Of a stretch of DNA of 56,245 nucleotides, positions 26,962 to 36,114 are shown piece by piece; within the stretch, counting starts at the first letter, position 1, and the number at the start of each line of letters is the position of its first letter. The stretch spans positions 1-56,245 of the forward strand of contig PWLE01000009.1 in the NCBI GenBank assembly GCA_003559495.1. Reading direction: 5' to 3'. The notes under the pieces were generated by a model. It searched no databases and had not been told where the DNA came from. It saw only the letters and a list, made by a program, of their open reading frames with translations. Made by a program: the position numbers and the translations under genes. This DNA is from Mollicutes bacterium. Lineage in GTDB: Bacteria; Bacillota_I; Bacilli_A; RF39; UBA660.

Positions 26962-27570
26962 CTACTCTCCTAACTTTTTTATTTTATTTTTTATCCTTTG
27001 TAGGGCATTATCAATTGATTTTGGTGTCTTGCCCAAAATAATACCAATTTCATTATAATCGAAACCACTCACTTTTAACAAGAAAACTTTATTTTCTAGA
27101 TCAGTTAATTGTTTTTTTATTTTAGCAATTAATTCATTTTCACTTTCTGTTGCTAACAAACATTGAAAAGGATCTTCTTTATCACTACCAATTATTTCTT
27201 CTAAATTTAATACTTCACCATTATCAATTTCAACATTAAGAGACAACGATTCATTTAATATTTTGTTTTTTTGGCGCTTTGAGGAAACAATTAAACTTAA
27301 CATTCTTCTTTCAATACAAGTTTTAGCAAATGTATAAAAACTTGTGTTTTTATGTTCGGAAAAATTTTTAATTGCTTGGTTTAAACCTAACATTCCTTCT
27401 TGTATTAAATCATTAACATCAATCCCAAATCCTTGACACCCTTTGTACATTTTATTGGCAGTGCCAATAATTAAAGGACGGTATTTTTCATACAAAATCT
27501 CATTAGCTTCTTCATTTGCTTCGGCAATATAATTTAATAATTCATTATCATTATAATTTTGATATTTCAT
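26962..27570 (-). CDS. sigH: Sigma-70-family sigma factor, SigH-like
   Basis: Region 2 (DLIQEGMLGLNQAIKNF..SFYTFAKTCIERRM) and region 4 HTH (YNEIGIILGKTPKSIDNALQRIK); lies downstream of rlmB as in Bacillus. Confidence 0.7.
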   Translation of the reverse strand: MKYQNYNDNELLNYIAEANEEANEILYEKYRPLIIGTANKMYKGCQGFGIDVNDLIQEGMLGLNQAIKNFSEHKNTSFYTFAKTCIERRMLSLIVSSKRQKNKILNESLSLNVEIDNGEVLNLEEIIGSDKEDPFQCLLATESENELIAKIKKQLTDLENKVFLLKVSGFDYNEIGIILGKTPKSIDNALQRIKNKIKKLGE

Positions 27571-28265
27571 TTTTCCCTCCTCCTTTGCGCCTCATAAATA
27601 AGAATTCCGGTTGCTACCGAAACATTTAAACTATTAACTGTTCCTAGCATAGGAATCGTAATAAAAAAATCACATTTTTTTGCTACTGATTTACTAATAC
27701 CAAACCCTTCATTTCCTAGTACTAAAGCTATATTTCCACAGAAATCAATATTTTCTGGTTTTGAACCATTTAAATCCGCCCCAATGATCCAATAATCATG
27801 TTGCTTTAGTAGATTTATTGTTTGCGACAAATTAGTTTCTTGTGCTATTTTTACCCCCCAAACGCCACCAGAACTAGCACGAATAACCGTTTCATTTATT
27901 TTTGCACTCCGGTCTTTAGGAATAATAATGCCACTAATTTTAAAAGCTTCACAGGAACGAATAATAGCACCTAAATTTTGCGGATCAACAACATGATCTA
28001 AAATAACAATTAAACCATCTTTTTGATGAAGAAAATCATCAAGATCGGCATACTGATAATCATCAATATCAATAATTATACCCTGATGATTTTTATCAGC
28101 AAATTTATTTAAAAACGTTTTATCAATATATTTTATGGTAATTCCTCGTTTTTGTAACGCCGAAATAATAAAATCATCCTTAAATTTGTGCCAAATATAA
28201 ACTTTTTTAATTGCAACATTATTAGTAATCGCACTTTGAATTACATTTTTACCGCCAATATACAT
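27567..28265 (-). CDS. rlmB: 23S rRNA (guanosine-2'-O)-methyltransferase RlmB (SpoU/TrmH family)
   Basis: DHVVDPQNLGAIIRS, LVLGNEGFGIS, SLNVSVATGILIYE motifs; ATG at 28265. Confidence 0.85.
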   Translation of the reverse strand: MYIGGKNVIQSAITNNVAIKKVYIWHKFKDDFIISALQKRGITIKYIDKTFLNKFADKNHQGIIIDIDDYQYADLDDFLHQKDGLIVILDHVVDPQNLGAIIRSCEAFKISGIIIPKDRSAKINETVIRASSGGVWGVKIAQETNLSQTINLLKQHDYWIIGADLNGSKPENIDFCGNIALVLGNEGFGISKSVAKKCDFFITIPMLGTVNSLNVSVATGILIYEAQRRREK

Positions 28266-28266
28266 A

Positions 28267-29112
28267 TTATAACTCCTTTTTATCAAAAGTAATTCCGGAT
28301 AAATAACCTTCTCTAACATCATTTAAAACAACTTGCATAGCTTTTTCCGTATCAACTACGCCACCTTTTACCAAACATCCGCGCCGCTTTCCTATGGCAT
28401 TTAAAATTGCTTCAGAATCAGTTAATGTTGTTAATTGATATCTTTTTTTTAAAACTTCGGGATAATATTTAATTAAAATTTTTAAAATATGATTGACAAC
28501 TTCTTCTAAAGGTATTAGATCTTCTTTTATTGCTAAAAAAGCAGCTAAATTTAAAGCTATTTCCTGATTTGAATATCTTGGTGATAAAATACCAGGCGTA
28601 TCTAAAAGTTCCATCTCATCATCAATTCTAATCCATGCTAACGCTTTTGTAACACCTGGACGGTTTGCCACCTTAGTAGCTTTTTTGCTTACTAAGCGAT
28701 TAATTAAAGTTGACTTGCCAACATTTGGCGCCCCAATAATCAAAACCCGTGTTCTTCTTTTTAAAAATCCTTTTTCTAATCGGTGCGCTGTTTTGTTTGC
28801 TAATACCTTTTCGCTCAATGCTTTTAACTTTTGCACCTTATCTTCTAATAAATTAAAACTAATTGTCTCATAATTTTCTTTTTGATAACTTTTTATCCAT
28901 TTATTTGTTTCATCTTGATCACATAAATCATATTTTGTAAAAATTAAAATACGTGGTTTTTCTTTTAACAAATCATCAAATTCTTTTATTTTTGAAGAAT
29001 ATGGAATACGAGCATCAACCAATTCAAAAACAACATCTATATAAGATAAATTTTCTTTTATCTTTCTTTTCGTTTTTGGCATATGACCAGGATACCAATT
29101 AATGTTTGTCAT
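28267..29112 (-). CDS. rbgA: Ribosome biogenesis GTPase A (YlqF)
   Basis: Circularly permuted GTPase: WYPGHM, DARIP, TKYDL, GAPNVGKSTLIN, DTPG. Confidence 0.9.
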   Translation of the reverse strand: MTNINWYPGHMPKTKRKIKENLSYIDVVFELVDARIPYSSKIKEFDDLLKEKPRILIFTKYDLCDQDETNKWIKSYQKENYETISFNLLEDKVQKLKALSEKVLANKTAHRLEKGFLKRRTRVLIIGAPNVGKSTLINRLVSKKATKVANRPGVTKALAWIRIDDEMELLDTPGILSPRYSNQEIALNLAAFLAIKEDLIPLEEVVNHILKILIKYYPEVLKKRYQLTTLTDSEAILNAIGKRRGCLVKGGVVDTEKAMQVVLNDVREGYLSGITFDKKEL

Positions 29113-29131
29113 AGAAAAACCTCCTTTTTTT

Positions 29132-29140
29132 ATTATATCA
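29132..29140 (-). promoter_or_regulatory. Extended -10 element TGATATAAT upstream of rbgA
   Basis: Plus-strand attatatca, 20 nt upstream of the rbgA ATG. Confidence 0.45.
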
Positions 29141-29170
29141 TAACCAAAAAAAAAGAACCAAGTTCTTTTT

Positions 29171-29719
29171 TTATTCTAAAATACCAAATTTAGCGAAAGG
29201 ATAAATACGAAAAACACTTCTTCCTACTATATCATCAATATGAATTAAACCAATCGAACGACTATCTTTGGAAAAATTGCGGTTATCACCTAAAACAAAA
29301 TAATAATTTTCGGGAATTTGATTATATGATAATTCTGTTAATATAAAATCATCCATATCAGCATTAATGAAATTTTCGGGAATATATTCCTGACTAACGT
29401 ATAAACGATTGCTTTCATATTCAATAAACTCACCAGGCAAGCCAATTACTCTTTTTACTAAACTGTCGTTTTGATAACTATGAACAATAATGTCAAAACG
29501 ATTAATTTCATTAACATTACGATATAAAAAAACAATATCACCATCATGTAAAGTTGGTTCCATCGAATCACCATTAATAACAGCCGGTGTCATAATATAC
29601 ATGCGAATTAAAATAATCATAATAACAATTAACAAAAAGACAACGGCTTCTTTTAAATTTTCTAAAGCCGCATTTCTTTTTTCAATATCATAACCTGATT
29701 TAATTTCACGCTCATTCAT
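29171..29719 (-). CDS. lepB: Signal peptidase I
   Basis: GDSMEPTL, VKRVIGLPGE, GDNRNFSKDSR boxes. Confidence 0.9.
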   Translation of the reverse strand: MNEREIKSGYDIEKRNAALENLKEAVVFLLIVIMIILIRMYIMTPAVINGDSMEPTLHDGDIVFLYRNVNEINRFDIIVHSYQNDSLVKRVIGLPGEFIEYESNRLYVSQEYIPENFINADMDDFILTELSYNQIPENYYFVLGDNRNFSKDSRSIGLIHIDDIVGRSVFRIYPFAKFGILE

Positions 29720-29740
29720 AAAACCAACCCCATTTAAAAT

Positions 29741-30079
29741 TTATTTTCGTTCTTTTATTCTTACTTGTTTTACCATGTCGCGCAAATAATGTAATTTCGC
29801 ACGGCGAACTTTTCCTTTTCGTAAAACATTAATTGATTCAACTTTAGGTGAATTAACAGGAAAAACACGTTCGACACCAACACCACTAGCAATTGAACGA
29901 ACGGTAAAGTTTTTCGCAATACCACTGTTTTTTATAGCGATCACGATTCCTTCAAATTTTTGAATTCTTTCTCTTTTTCCTTCAAAAACACGCACGCCAA
30001 CACTAACTGTATCACCTACTCGAAATTCAGGAACATTTGGCTTCATTTGGCTTTGTGTTATTTTATCAACTAAATTCAC
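29741..30079 (-). CDS. rplS: 50S ribosomal protein L19
   Basis: [26 protein letters not shown]; most likely start is the GTG at 30079, 7 nt after AAGGAGAG (the track start at 30109 is a TTG with no SD). Confidence 0.9.
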   Translation of the reverse strand: MNLVDKITQSQMKPNVPEFRVGDTVSVGVRVFEGKRERIQKFEGIVIAIKNSGIAKNFTVRSIASGVGVERVFPVNSPKVESINVLRKGKVRRAKLHYLRDMVKQVRIKERK

Positions 30080-30175
30080 AATGTCACTCTCCTTTTTATA
30101 ATGTTGCAATCATAATAACTAATTAGCGGATCACACATAGGTAATTTTATCATATTTTTTTCAAAATATCTACTT

Positions 30176-30616
30176 TTATTTTGCTTTTTCTGCTTCTTCA
30201 TAAGTTTTTTCATCTTTTGCATAAAATGCTAACTGTTTTTCTTCCAATTTTCGATAAAAATTTTCAATTTTGTTAACTAATAATTGATAATATGATTCAT
30301 CTAAAAATTTGTAATATTTATTATATAGTATCGATCGCAACCGATCAATATCTTCAAGAGCTTTGGGAGCAGCATGACTATCTTCTTCTTCAATTGTTAA
30401 AAGCAAACTTTTGACATAAAAATCCAATCTTTTTTGAATTTTTTTCTTTAAAATCATTTGAATAAAATCACGATTAAATATTATTACTTTTTTAATTGCT
30501 ATTTTAGAATAACGAATATTATTTTTGGGATTAAATTCATATCCTTCAACAAAATCCATATTGGTATATGAGGAATATTTCATTTCATCAATTAAAACAA
30601 ATTTTTTATTTTTCAT
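30176..30616 (-). CDS. Hypothetical protein (about 146 aa, helical C-terminal half) inserted between trmD and rplS
   Basis: Long ORF, translationally coupled to the trmD 3' end (GAGGAG 6 nt before the ATG at 30616); no recognisable motif. Confidence 0.5.
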   Translation of the reverse strand: MKNKKFVLIDEMKYSSYTNMDFVEGYEFNPKNNIRYSKIAIKKVIIFNRDFIQMILKKKIQKRLDFYVKSLLLTIEEEDSHAAPKALEDIDRLRSILYNKYYKFLDESYYQLLVNKIENFYRKLEEKQLAFYAKDEKTYEEAEKAK

Positions 30617-31292
30617 TGTCATCTCCTCTTTCTAATAAATCTGGCCTTCTTAAAGCCGTTTTTCTTTTTCTTTCCTTAAGGCGCCATTTTTCTATTTCTT
30701 GATGGTGACCTGATAATAATATTTCCGGAACTTTCCGGCCCCGAAAATTAGCCGGCCTTGTATAAACAGGATAATCAAGCAAATTATCATTAAAAGATTC
30801 TTGTTGTTGGGATTCAAAAGCAATAACATCATCAACTAATCTTATAATGCTATCAGTTAACACCATGGCGGGCAGTTCACCACCCGTTAAAATATAGTCA
30901 CCAATTGATATTTCTAAATCAACAATATCTAAAACACGTTCATCAACACCCTCATAATGACCACATATAATGATTAAATGTTTTTCTTGTGCTAGTTGAT
31001 ACGCTTTTTTTTGATGAAAAACTTCACCTTGCGGACTCATTAAAATTACTTTTGAATTTGCTTTTTTTAATTTTTTAACAGCATCATAAATGGGCTGGGG
31101 GGATAGAACCATCCCTTTGCCACCACCAAATTGATAATCATCAACTTTTTTATGCTTATTATTAGCAAAATCACGCAAATTAATAATCTGAATTGCTGCT
31201 TTTTTAGCGTCAATTGCTCTTTTAATTATCGAATGATTAAATATTTCAGTAAACATGTCAGGGAATAAAGTAATAATATCAATTTTCATCAA
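30606..31292 (-). CDS. trmD: tRNA (guanine37-N1)-methyltransferase
   Basis: IDIITLFPDMF, CGHYEGVDERV, GDYILTGGELPAMV, LSGHH motifs. Confidence 0.95.
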   Translation of the reverse strand: MMKIDIITLFPDMFTEIFNHSIIKRAIDAKKAAIQIINLRDFANNKHKKVDDYQFGGGKGMVLSPQPIYDAVKKLKKANSKVILMSPQGEVFHQKKAYQLAQEKHLIIICGHYEGVDERVLDIVDLEISIGDYILTGGELPAMVLTDSIIRLVDDVIAFESQQQESFNDNLLDYPVYTRPANFRGRKVPEILLSGHHQEIEKWRLKERKRKTALRRPDLLERGDDNEK

Positions 31293-31761
31293 TTAAACCC
31301 TCTATTTTTTCTAAATATATATTTTTATCAATTATTTGCTGGATCCAGTTTTTTACATAAGGAATAAAATGCTTTTTTGTGCCATTTTCGACAATTAAAA
31401 TGTCTTGGGCATTATTATTAAAATATCCTGTTACAAAACCAATTTGTTTATTATCATATATAACTTGATAGCCAATTAAATCCATAATTAATAACTCATC
31501 AGTAATAAGATCATCACGATTAATATAAAGAAATTCTCCTTTATAAGGTAGGACCTCATTAATATTTTCATATCCTTCTAATTTTATTAAGTTACTATTG
31601 CGATAAATGCGATGATGAGAAATTTTAAATTTTTTTCTTTTTGGTCCAATATAAATATATTTGCCAACCTGAAAAACTTTTTCCTTTTTTGCAAAAGTAG
31701 AGTTTATTTTCATTTCCCCTTTTATGCCATGAGTATTAATTATTTCACCAACACAAATCAT
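31279..31761 (-). CDS. rimM: 16S rRNA processing protein RimM
   Basis: VGEIINTHGIKGEMKI and C-terminal PRC-barrel-like FIPYVKNWI; synteny with trmD. Confidence 0.85.
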   Translation of the reverse strand: MICVGEIINTHGIKGEMKINSTFAKKEKVFQVGKYIYIGPKRKKFKISHHRIYRNSNLIKLEGYENINEVLPYKGEFLYINRDDLITDELLIMDLIGYQVIYDNKQIGFVTGYFNNNAQDILIVENGTKKHFIPYVKNWIQQIIDKNIYLEKIEGLIDEN

Positions 31762-31765
31762 ACAA

Positions 31766-32500
31766 TCACCCTTTATCTATTTCATATAATAAAATTCCTG
31801 AAGCAACGGCAACATTTAAACTCTCACAATTAGCAGCAATCGGAATCGCTACTACTTCATGAGCATAAGCTAAAACAGTTTTTGAAATGCCATGCCCCTC
31901 ATTGCCCATTATTATAACAAACTTTTTTTTATTTACAACATTTTTTATTGTTTGCGATGATTTTTTTGCGGTGGCAATAATTTGATAATCTTCGGACATT
32001 TTTTTTAACAAATCTAAATCATCATCAATTATCACATTAAGATTAAAAAAAGCCCCCTTACTGCTGCGAATTGTTTTTTCGTGATATAAATCACAGGTTT
32101 TATGTAAAACTACTGTATCAATATTAAATGCTAACGCATTACGAAGCATTGCCCCTAGATTACCTGGTTCTTGAATTTCACTTAAATAAAGAACCCTTTT
32201 GCCAATTGCTTGTGATGGCTTTTTTCGACACAAACCAAAGACAAAGTCACTACTTTTTTGACTTGATAAATATTGCGCAACTGGTTTGCTAAGATAATTT
32301 TGTAAAACCGGGAAATTTATTTTCCGATCTTCTAATAAATATACTTCTTCCAAAATATTGCTATGAAAAGCTTCACCAACAATATCATGACCTTCAACTA
32401 AAAAATAATCATCTTGTTCATGATATTTTTTTTGTCTTAATTTTTTTAAATATTTAATTTTTTTGTTTGCTTTAGAAGTATATATCATTTTTTTCACCAC
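31766..32500 (-). CDS. TrmH/SpoU-family RNA 2'-O-methyltransferase
   Basis: IQEPGNLGAMLRNA, IIMGNEGHGIS, ESLNVAVASGILLYE motifs. Confidence 0.8.
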   Translation of the reverse strand: MVKKMIYTSKANKKIKYLKKLRQKKYHEQDDYFLVEGHDIVGEAFHSNILEEVYLLEDRKINFPVLQNYLSKPVAQYLSSQKSSDFVFGLCRKKPSQAIGKRVLYLSEIQEPGNLGAMLRNALAFNIDTVVLHKTCDLYHEKTIRSSKGAFFNLNVIIDDDLDLLKKMSEDYQIIATAKKSSQTIKNVVNKKKFVIIMGNEGHGISKTVLAYAHEVVAIPIAANCESLNVAVASGILLYEIDKG

Positions 32501-32526
32501 TCTTATCTTATCATACTTACTGCTTC

Positions 32527-32623
32527 AAAAAAAGGCCTCCAAAGGAGACCTTATCAGGGGGCTTGGGCGCTATTCCACTTTTTTACCGTGAAATAACTTT
32601 CCCAACGCACGATCTCTCGTGCT
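32527..32623 (-). ncRNA. Candidate structured leader or small RNA of about 97 nt (unclassified) ending in an intrinsic terminator
   Basis: GCACGA-gaga-TCGTGC hairpin, TTTCAC..GTGGAA hairpin, AGGTCTCC-ttt-GGAGGCCT + T7; lies between secG and the TrmH-family gene. Confidence 0.4.
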
Positions 32624-32629
32624 ATTTTC

Positions 32630-32657
32630 ATTATAACTAATATATTTATTTTGTCAA
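32630..32657 (-). promoter_or_regulatory. Near-consensus promoter TTGACA-16-TATAAT driving the candidate RNA
   Basis: -35 at 32652..32657, -10 at 32630..32635 on the minus strand. Confidence 0.6.
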
Positions 32658-32664
32658 ATAAATT

Positions 32665-32877
32665 TTAAAAACCCATAAATAAACAAAGCAAGAAAAACGT
32701 TGTCCCTAAAAAGATTGTTACGCGCGTAATAAAAAGTTCTGAACCTCGTTCTTTACGATTAGCAAATAAACTTTCACTACCGCCCGTAATAGCTATTGAA
32801 GCGCCACCTGCTTTATCACTTTGTAATAATACAACCATAATTAATAAAATACTAATTATCAATAATACAACTTCCAT
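32665..32877 (-). CDS. secG: Preprotein translocase subunit SecG
   Basis: 70 aa, two TM helices, LLQSDKAGGAS..GGSESLF pattern. Confidence 0.85.
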   Translation of the reverse strand: MEVVLLIISILLIMVVLLQSDKAGGASIAITGGSESLFANRKERGSELFITRVTIFLGTTFFLLCLFMGF

Positions 32878-32915
32878 TATAATGCCTCCTCATCCTTATT
32901 AAAATTACCATAATT

Positions 32916-34187
32916 TTATTTTTTTTGCAAATCTTTTTGCATAATTACTTTGCTATAATTATCAAATTTTAATTTTTTTGTTTCCTTCATAAAATCTTCA
33001 TAAGTAAGATTTTTAAACTTTAAATAATAATCTTCATCAATATGACCATGCTCAGCTAAAAAACTAGTAAAAAAATTGTTTAGTCCCGAAGTCGAATCGC
33101 CTAATTTTAAGAAATAACTTAAAGCATTCTTCTTTTTGCGATTAAATGTTTGAACATCAACTTGAAAATCTTGCAAATATTCTTTTATTATTTTAATCAC
33201 TTTAACCGCATGATGCGTTTCCGCCCAAATACTAAGCACCCAATGTTTTTCCACCAGAAGCTGCGAAACTCGAAGATCATTTTCCGTTAAATCTGATACT
33301 TTTTCATTTAATTCACCATGTTTGTCAAAAACACAATCTGTAAATAAATCTAAAATCACATCTAACAATACCCTATCAGCAATATTATTTGTAATATTAA
33401 TTTTATAATTAAATGTCACTTTAGGGGTTTTAATATCACGATTAATAATTATTTCTTTTTTAGCAACTTCATCTGGCTCATCATATTTCTTTAATTCAAT
33501 CTTAGGTGATGATGGGAATTCCTTAGTTTGTTGATTTTGCTGAATAACATCAATTACTTTTTTAGGATCAATATCACCACAAACAACTACAAACATATTA
33601 GAAGGATGATAAAAAGTTTCATAACATTGCATTAAATCTTCTTTGGTCGTTTTTTCGACATCTGCCATTTCACCACCAACTGATATCCCCCTCGGATGAA
33701 CTTGAAATAAACTTGTAGCAAACGTTTCATATAAGAAAATAAAATTATCATCTTGACGCATTTTTAATTCTTGTAAAATAATGCCTTTTTCTTTTTCAAC
33801 ATTTTCATTTGTTAAATAAGGGGTTTGAACATAGTTTAACAAAAAGTTAAGATTTTTATTAAAATTATCAGGTCCAGAAAAATAATAAGTCGTTCTTTCA
33901 TTATCAGTGAGAGCATTACAATAAGCGCCGTTTTTATGAAAAAAGTCAAAAACTGATTCTTTATCATATTCAAATAATTTATGTTCTAAAAAATGAGCGA
34001 TTCCAGAAGGTGTTTTAACAAAATTTGCTTCACCCTTTTTTTTAAATTCTAAGTGATCAGAACCATACTTGGTCGTAAAAGAAGCCATTTTTGTGGCAAA
34101 TGATGTTGGAATAACAAAAATTTCCAAACCATTTGACAATTTTTGATAATAATATTTAATACCAATTCCTTTAATTTGTCTTTGCAT
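32916..34187 (-). CDS. M16-family zinc peptidase (catalytic HxxEH present)
   Basis: GIAHFLEHKLFE inverted zinc motif; ATG at 34187 behind AAGGGGG. Confidence 0.85.
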   Translation of the reverse strand: MQRQIKGIGIKYYYQKLSNGLEIFVIPTSFATKMASFTTKYGSDHLEFKKKGEANFVKTPSGIAHFLEHKLFEYDKESVFDFFHKNGAYCNALTDNERTTYYFSGPDNFNKNLNFLLNYVQTPYLTNENVEKEKGIILQELKMRQDDNFIFLYETFATSLFQVHPRGISVGGEMADVEKTTKEDLMQCYETFYHPSNMFVVVCGDIDPKKVIDVIQQNQQTKEFPSSPKIELKKYDEPDEVAKKEIIINRDIKTPKVTFNYKINITNNIADRVLLDVILDLFTDCVFDKHGELNEKVSDLTENDLRVSQLLVEKHWVLSIWAETHHAVKVIKIIKEYLQDFQVDVQTFNRKKKNALSYFLKLGDSTSGLNNFFTSFLAEHGHIDEDYYLKFKNLTYEDFMKETKKLKFDNYSKVIMQKDLQKK

Positions 34188-35412
34188 CAGCAACCCCCTT
34201 TAAAAAATAAGTTGTATCTAACTCTAAACTATTAGCTACTGCAACTAAATCTGCCAATGTTGTTTCCTTTATAATTTGTATTGTTTTTGTATCAGAGTAA
34301 AAACCATAATATTTCTCAACATAAACATTATTAACAATTAATCCCATGCGATCATTCATTGTTTTTAGCTCGTTTAAACTTTTTTTCTTAGCATCTTTTA
34401 ATTCTTTTTCCGTAATATTGCCACCTTTTAAATCTGCTAATTGTTGTTTAATAATTTTTTGCGCCGGTAAATATTTATCAGCATCAATACCAGCATTAAT
34501 TGAAACTAAACCCTTATAATAATTAAAATGAGACCGCACATCATAAGCTAATGATTTTTTTTCGCGAACATTTGTAAATAACCGCGAAGTACTACTGCCA
34601 CCTAAAATATTTTCTAGTAATTCAACATGAATATATTTTTTTGATAAATCAATTGCTTTTAATTTATAAAGCATGACCAACTTTGATTGGGAAAACTCTT
34701 TTTCCTCAATAAGTTCTTGTTTTTTAACTGCTGGAAAATAACAAGCGGGCGCCATTTTTTTTCTTTTTCGTTTCGAAATTCGCTCTTTAAAATACTCAAT
34801 AATTTCTTCATTAACATCACCAACAATGGTAATATCTAAAATATCATTATTTATCATTTCCAAATAACTTTGATAGACATCTTCTTTTGTTATTTTTTGT
34901 AATTTTTGATAATTATCTTCTTGATAAAACATCCCATAACCGGCATTAATCAAAGCCTTTATATTAGCATAATAAACCGGATCTTCTAATGTGCCATCAA
35001 AATTGTTTTTTATTTTTTTTTGCGCTGATTTAAATTCTTTATCACGAAAATTTTCAATTGGATTAAACATTAATTCCATAAAAAAATCTAAACACTTTTC
35101 ATGATGCCCTTTTTTTAAATGTTTTTCATTAATAAAGGTTGTTTCAAATTTGACAATTGAATTTTCACCAAGAATTGGAATTGTATATCCTTTCACAAAT
35201 TGCGAATAATTATCCTCTTTTTTTTCACCAATCTTTTTTCGACTCGGATATTTTTTTGATGCTTGCGTTAATACTTTGGATAAAATTTCCCGTTCAACTT
35301 GCTGGTCCGTCTTATTACGAACAAAACGCATATTAACCTTTACTTGACGAAATTTATCAGTTTTCACCAAATTTATGTCATAGCCATTTATATGATATGT
35401 TTTTCTTCTCAT
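34171..35412 (-). CDS. M16-family peptidase-like protein lacking HxxEH (non-catalytic partner)
   Basis: Same length and fold pattern as the neighbour, no HxxEH; overlaps both neighbouring genes. Confidence 0.7.
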   Translation of the reverse strand: MRRKTYHINGYDINLVKTDKFRQVKVNMRFVRNKTDQQVEREILSKVLTQASKKYPSRKKIGEKKEDNYSQFVKGYTIPILGENSIVKFETTFINEKHLKKGHHEKCLDFFMELMFNPIENFRDKEFKSAQKKIKNNFDGTLEDPVYYANIKALINAGYGMFYQEDNYQKLQKITKEDVYQSYLEMINNDILDITIVGDVNEEIIEYFKERISKRKRKKMAPACYFPAVKKQELIEEKEFSQSKLVMLYKLKAIDLSKKYIHVELLENILGGSSTSRLFTNVREKKSLAYDVRSHFNYYKGLVSINAGIDADKYLPAQKIIKQQLADLKGGNITEKELKDAKKKSLNELKTMNDRMGLIVNNVYVEKYYGFYSDTKTIQIIKETTLADLVAVANSLELDTTYFLKGVADAKTN

Positions 35413-36101
35413 AAATTAACCACCGTATTTAAAGCAATTTCTATCATTTCGGTAAAATTTTGCTCTCTTTCCCTACTACTTGTTTTTTCTTTTGTTACTA
35501 AACTATCGGATACTGTTAATAAACAAGCTGCTTTTTTATTAAAAACTTTCGCATTATGAAAAAGTGCAAATGTTTCCATTTCAACTCCTAAACAGCCCGC
35601 TTCGGCAAATTCTTGATAAGCTCTTTCTTTATAAAAAGCCTCACTACAATATATTTTTCCTTTAAAATATTTATTATTAATATTTTCTTCAATTTTAGCA
35701 TTTAAATAATCATCACTCTTAATTATTTTATCATTACTACCATTTTGCTCATTAGCATAATTTGATTGCGAATAACTTTCTGTTACTAAAATTAAATCAT
35801 ACAGATTTATTTTCGCATCATAAGAACCACAAGAACCAATTCTTATTATATTATCAACCTCATAAAATTTAAAAAGTTCATAAGAGTAAATTCCCATACT
35901 AGGAATACCCATTCCCGAGGCCATAATTGTTAATTTTTTTTCTTTATAAAAACCGGTATAAACATCGATTCCTCTTACATTACTTACCAATTGATAATCT
36001 TCTAAATAATTTTCGGCGATAAATTTTGCTCGCAATGGATCGCCAGGCATAATAACCGTTTTAGCAATTTCTCCTTTTTTAGCATTAATGTGTGGTGTCA
36101 T
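35409..36101 (-). CDS. deoD: Purine nucleoside phosphorylase, DeoD type
   Basis: TPHINAKKGEIAKTVIMPGDPLRAKFIAE, GMGIPS, VEMETFAL motifs. Confidence 0.9.
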   Translation of the reverse strand: MTPHINAKKGEIAKTVIMPGDPLRAKFIAENYLEDYQLVSNVRGIDVYTGFYKEKKLTIMASGMGIPSMGIYSYELFKFYEVDNIIRIGSCGSYDAKINLYDLILVTESYSQSNYANEQNGSNDKIIKSDDYLNAKIEENINNKYFKGKIYCSEAFYKERAYQEFAEAGCLGVEMETFALFHNAKVFNKKAACLLTVSDSLVTKEKTSSREREQNFTEMIEIALNTVVNL

Positions 36102-36114
36102 AAAAAAACCTCCT

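Noticed and set aside
32527-32623. Possible identity of the secG-downstream RNA as small SRP (4.5S) RNA, or as a preQ1 / SAM / guanidine-II riboswitch
   Set aside because: It lacks the conserved SRP domain IV elements (GGAA tetraloop with flanking AGCA/GGAA-type loops). It also lacks the preQ1 CCC..TATAAAAAACTA tail context, SAM-I core sequences and paired ACGR tetraloops. It is left unclassified.
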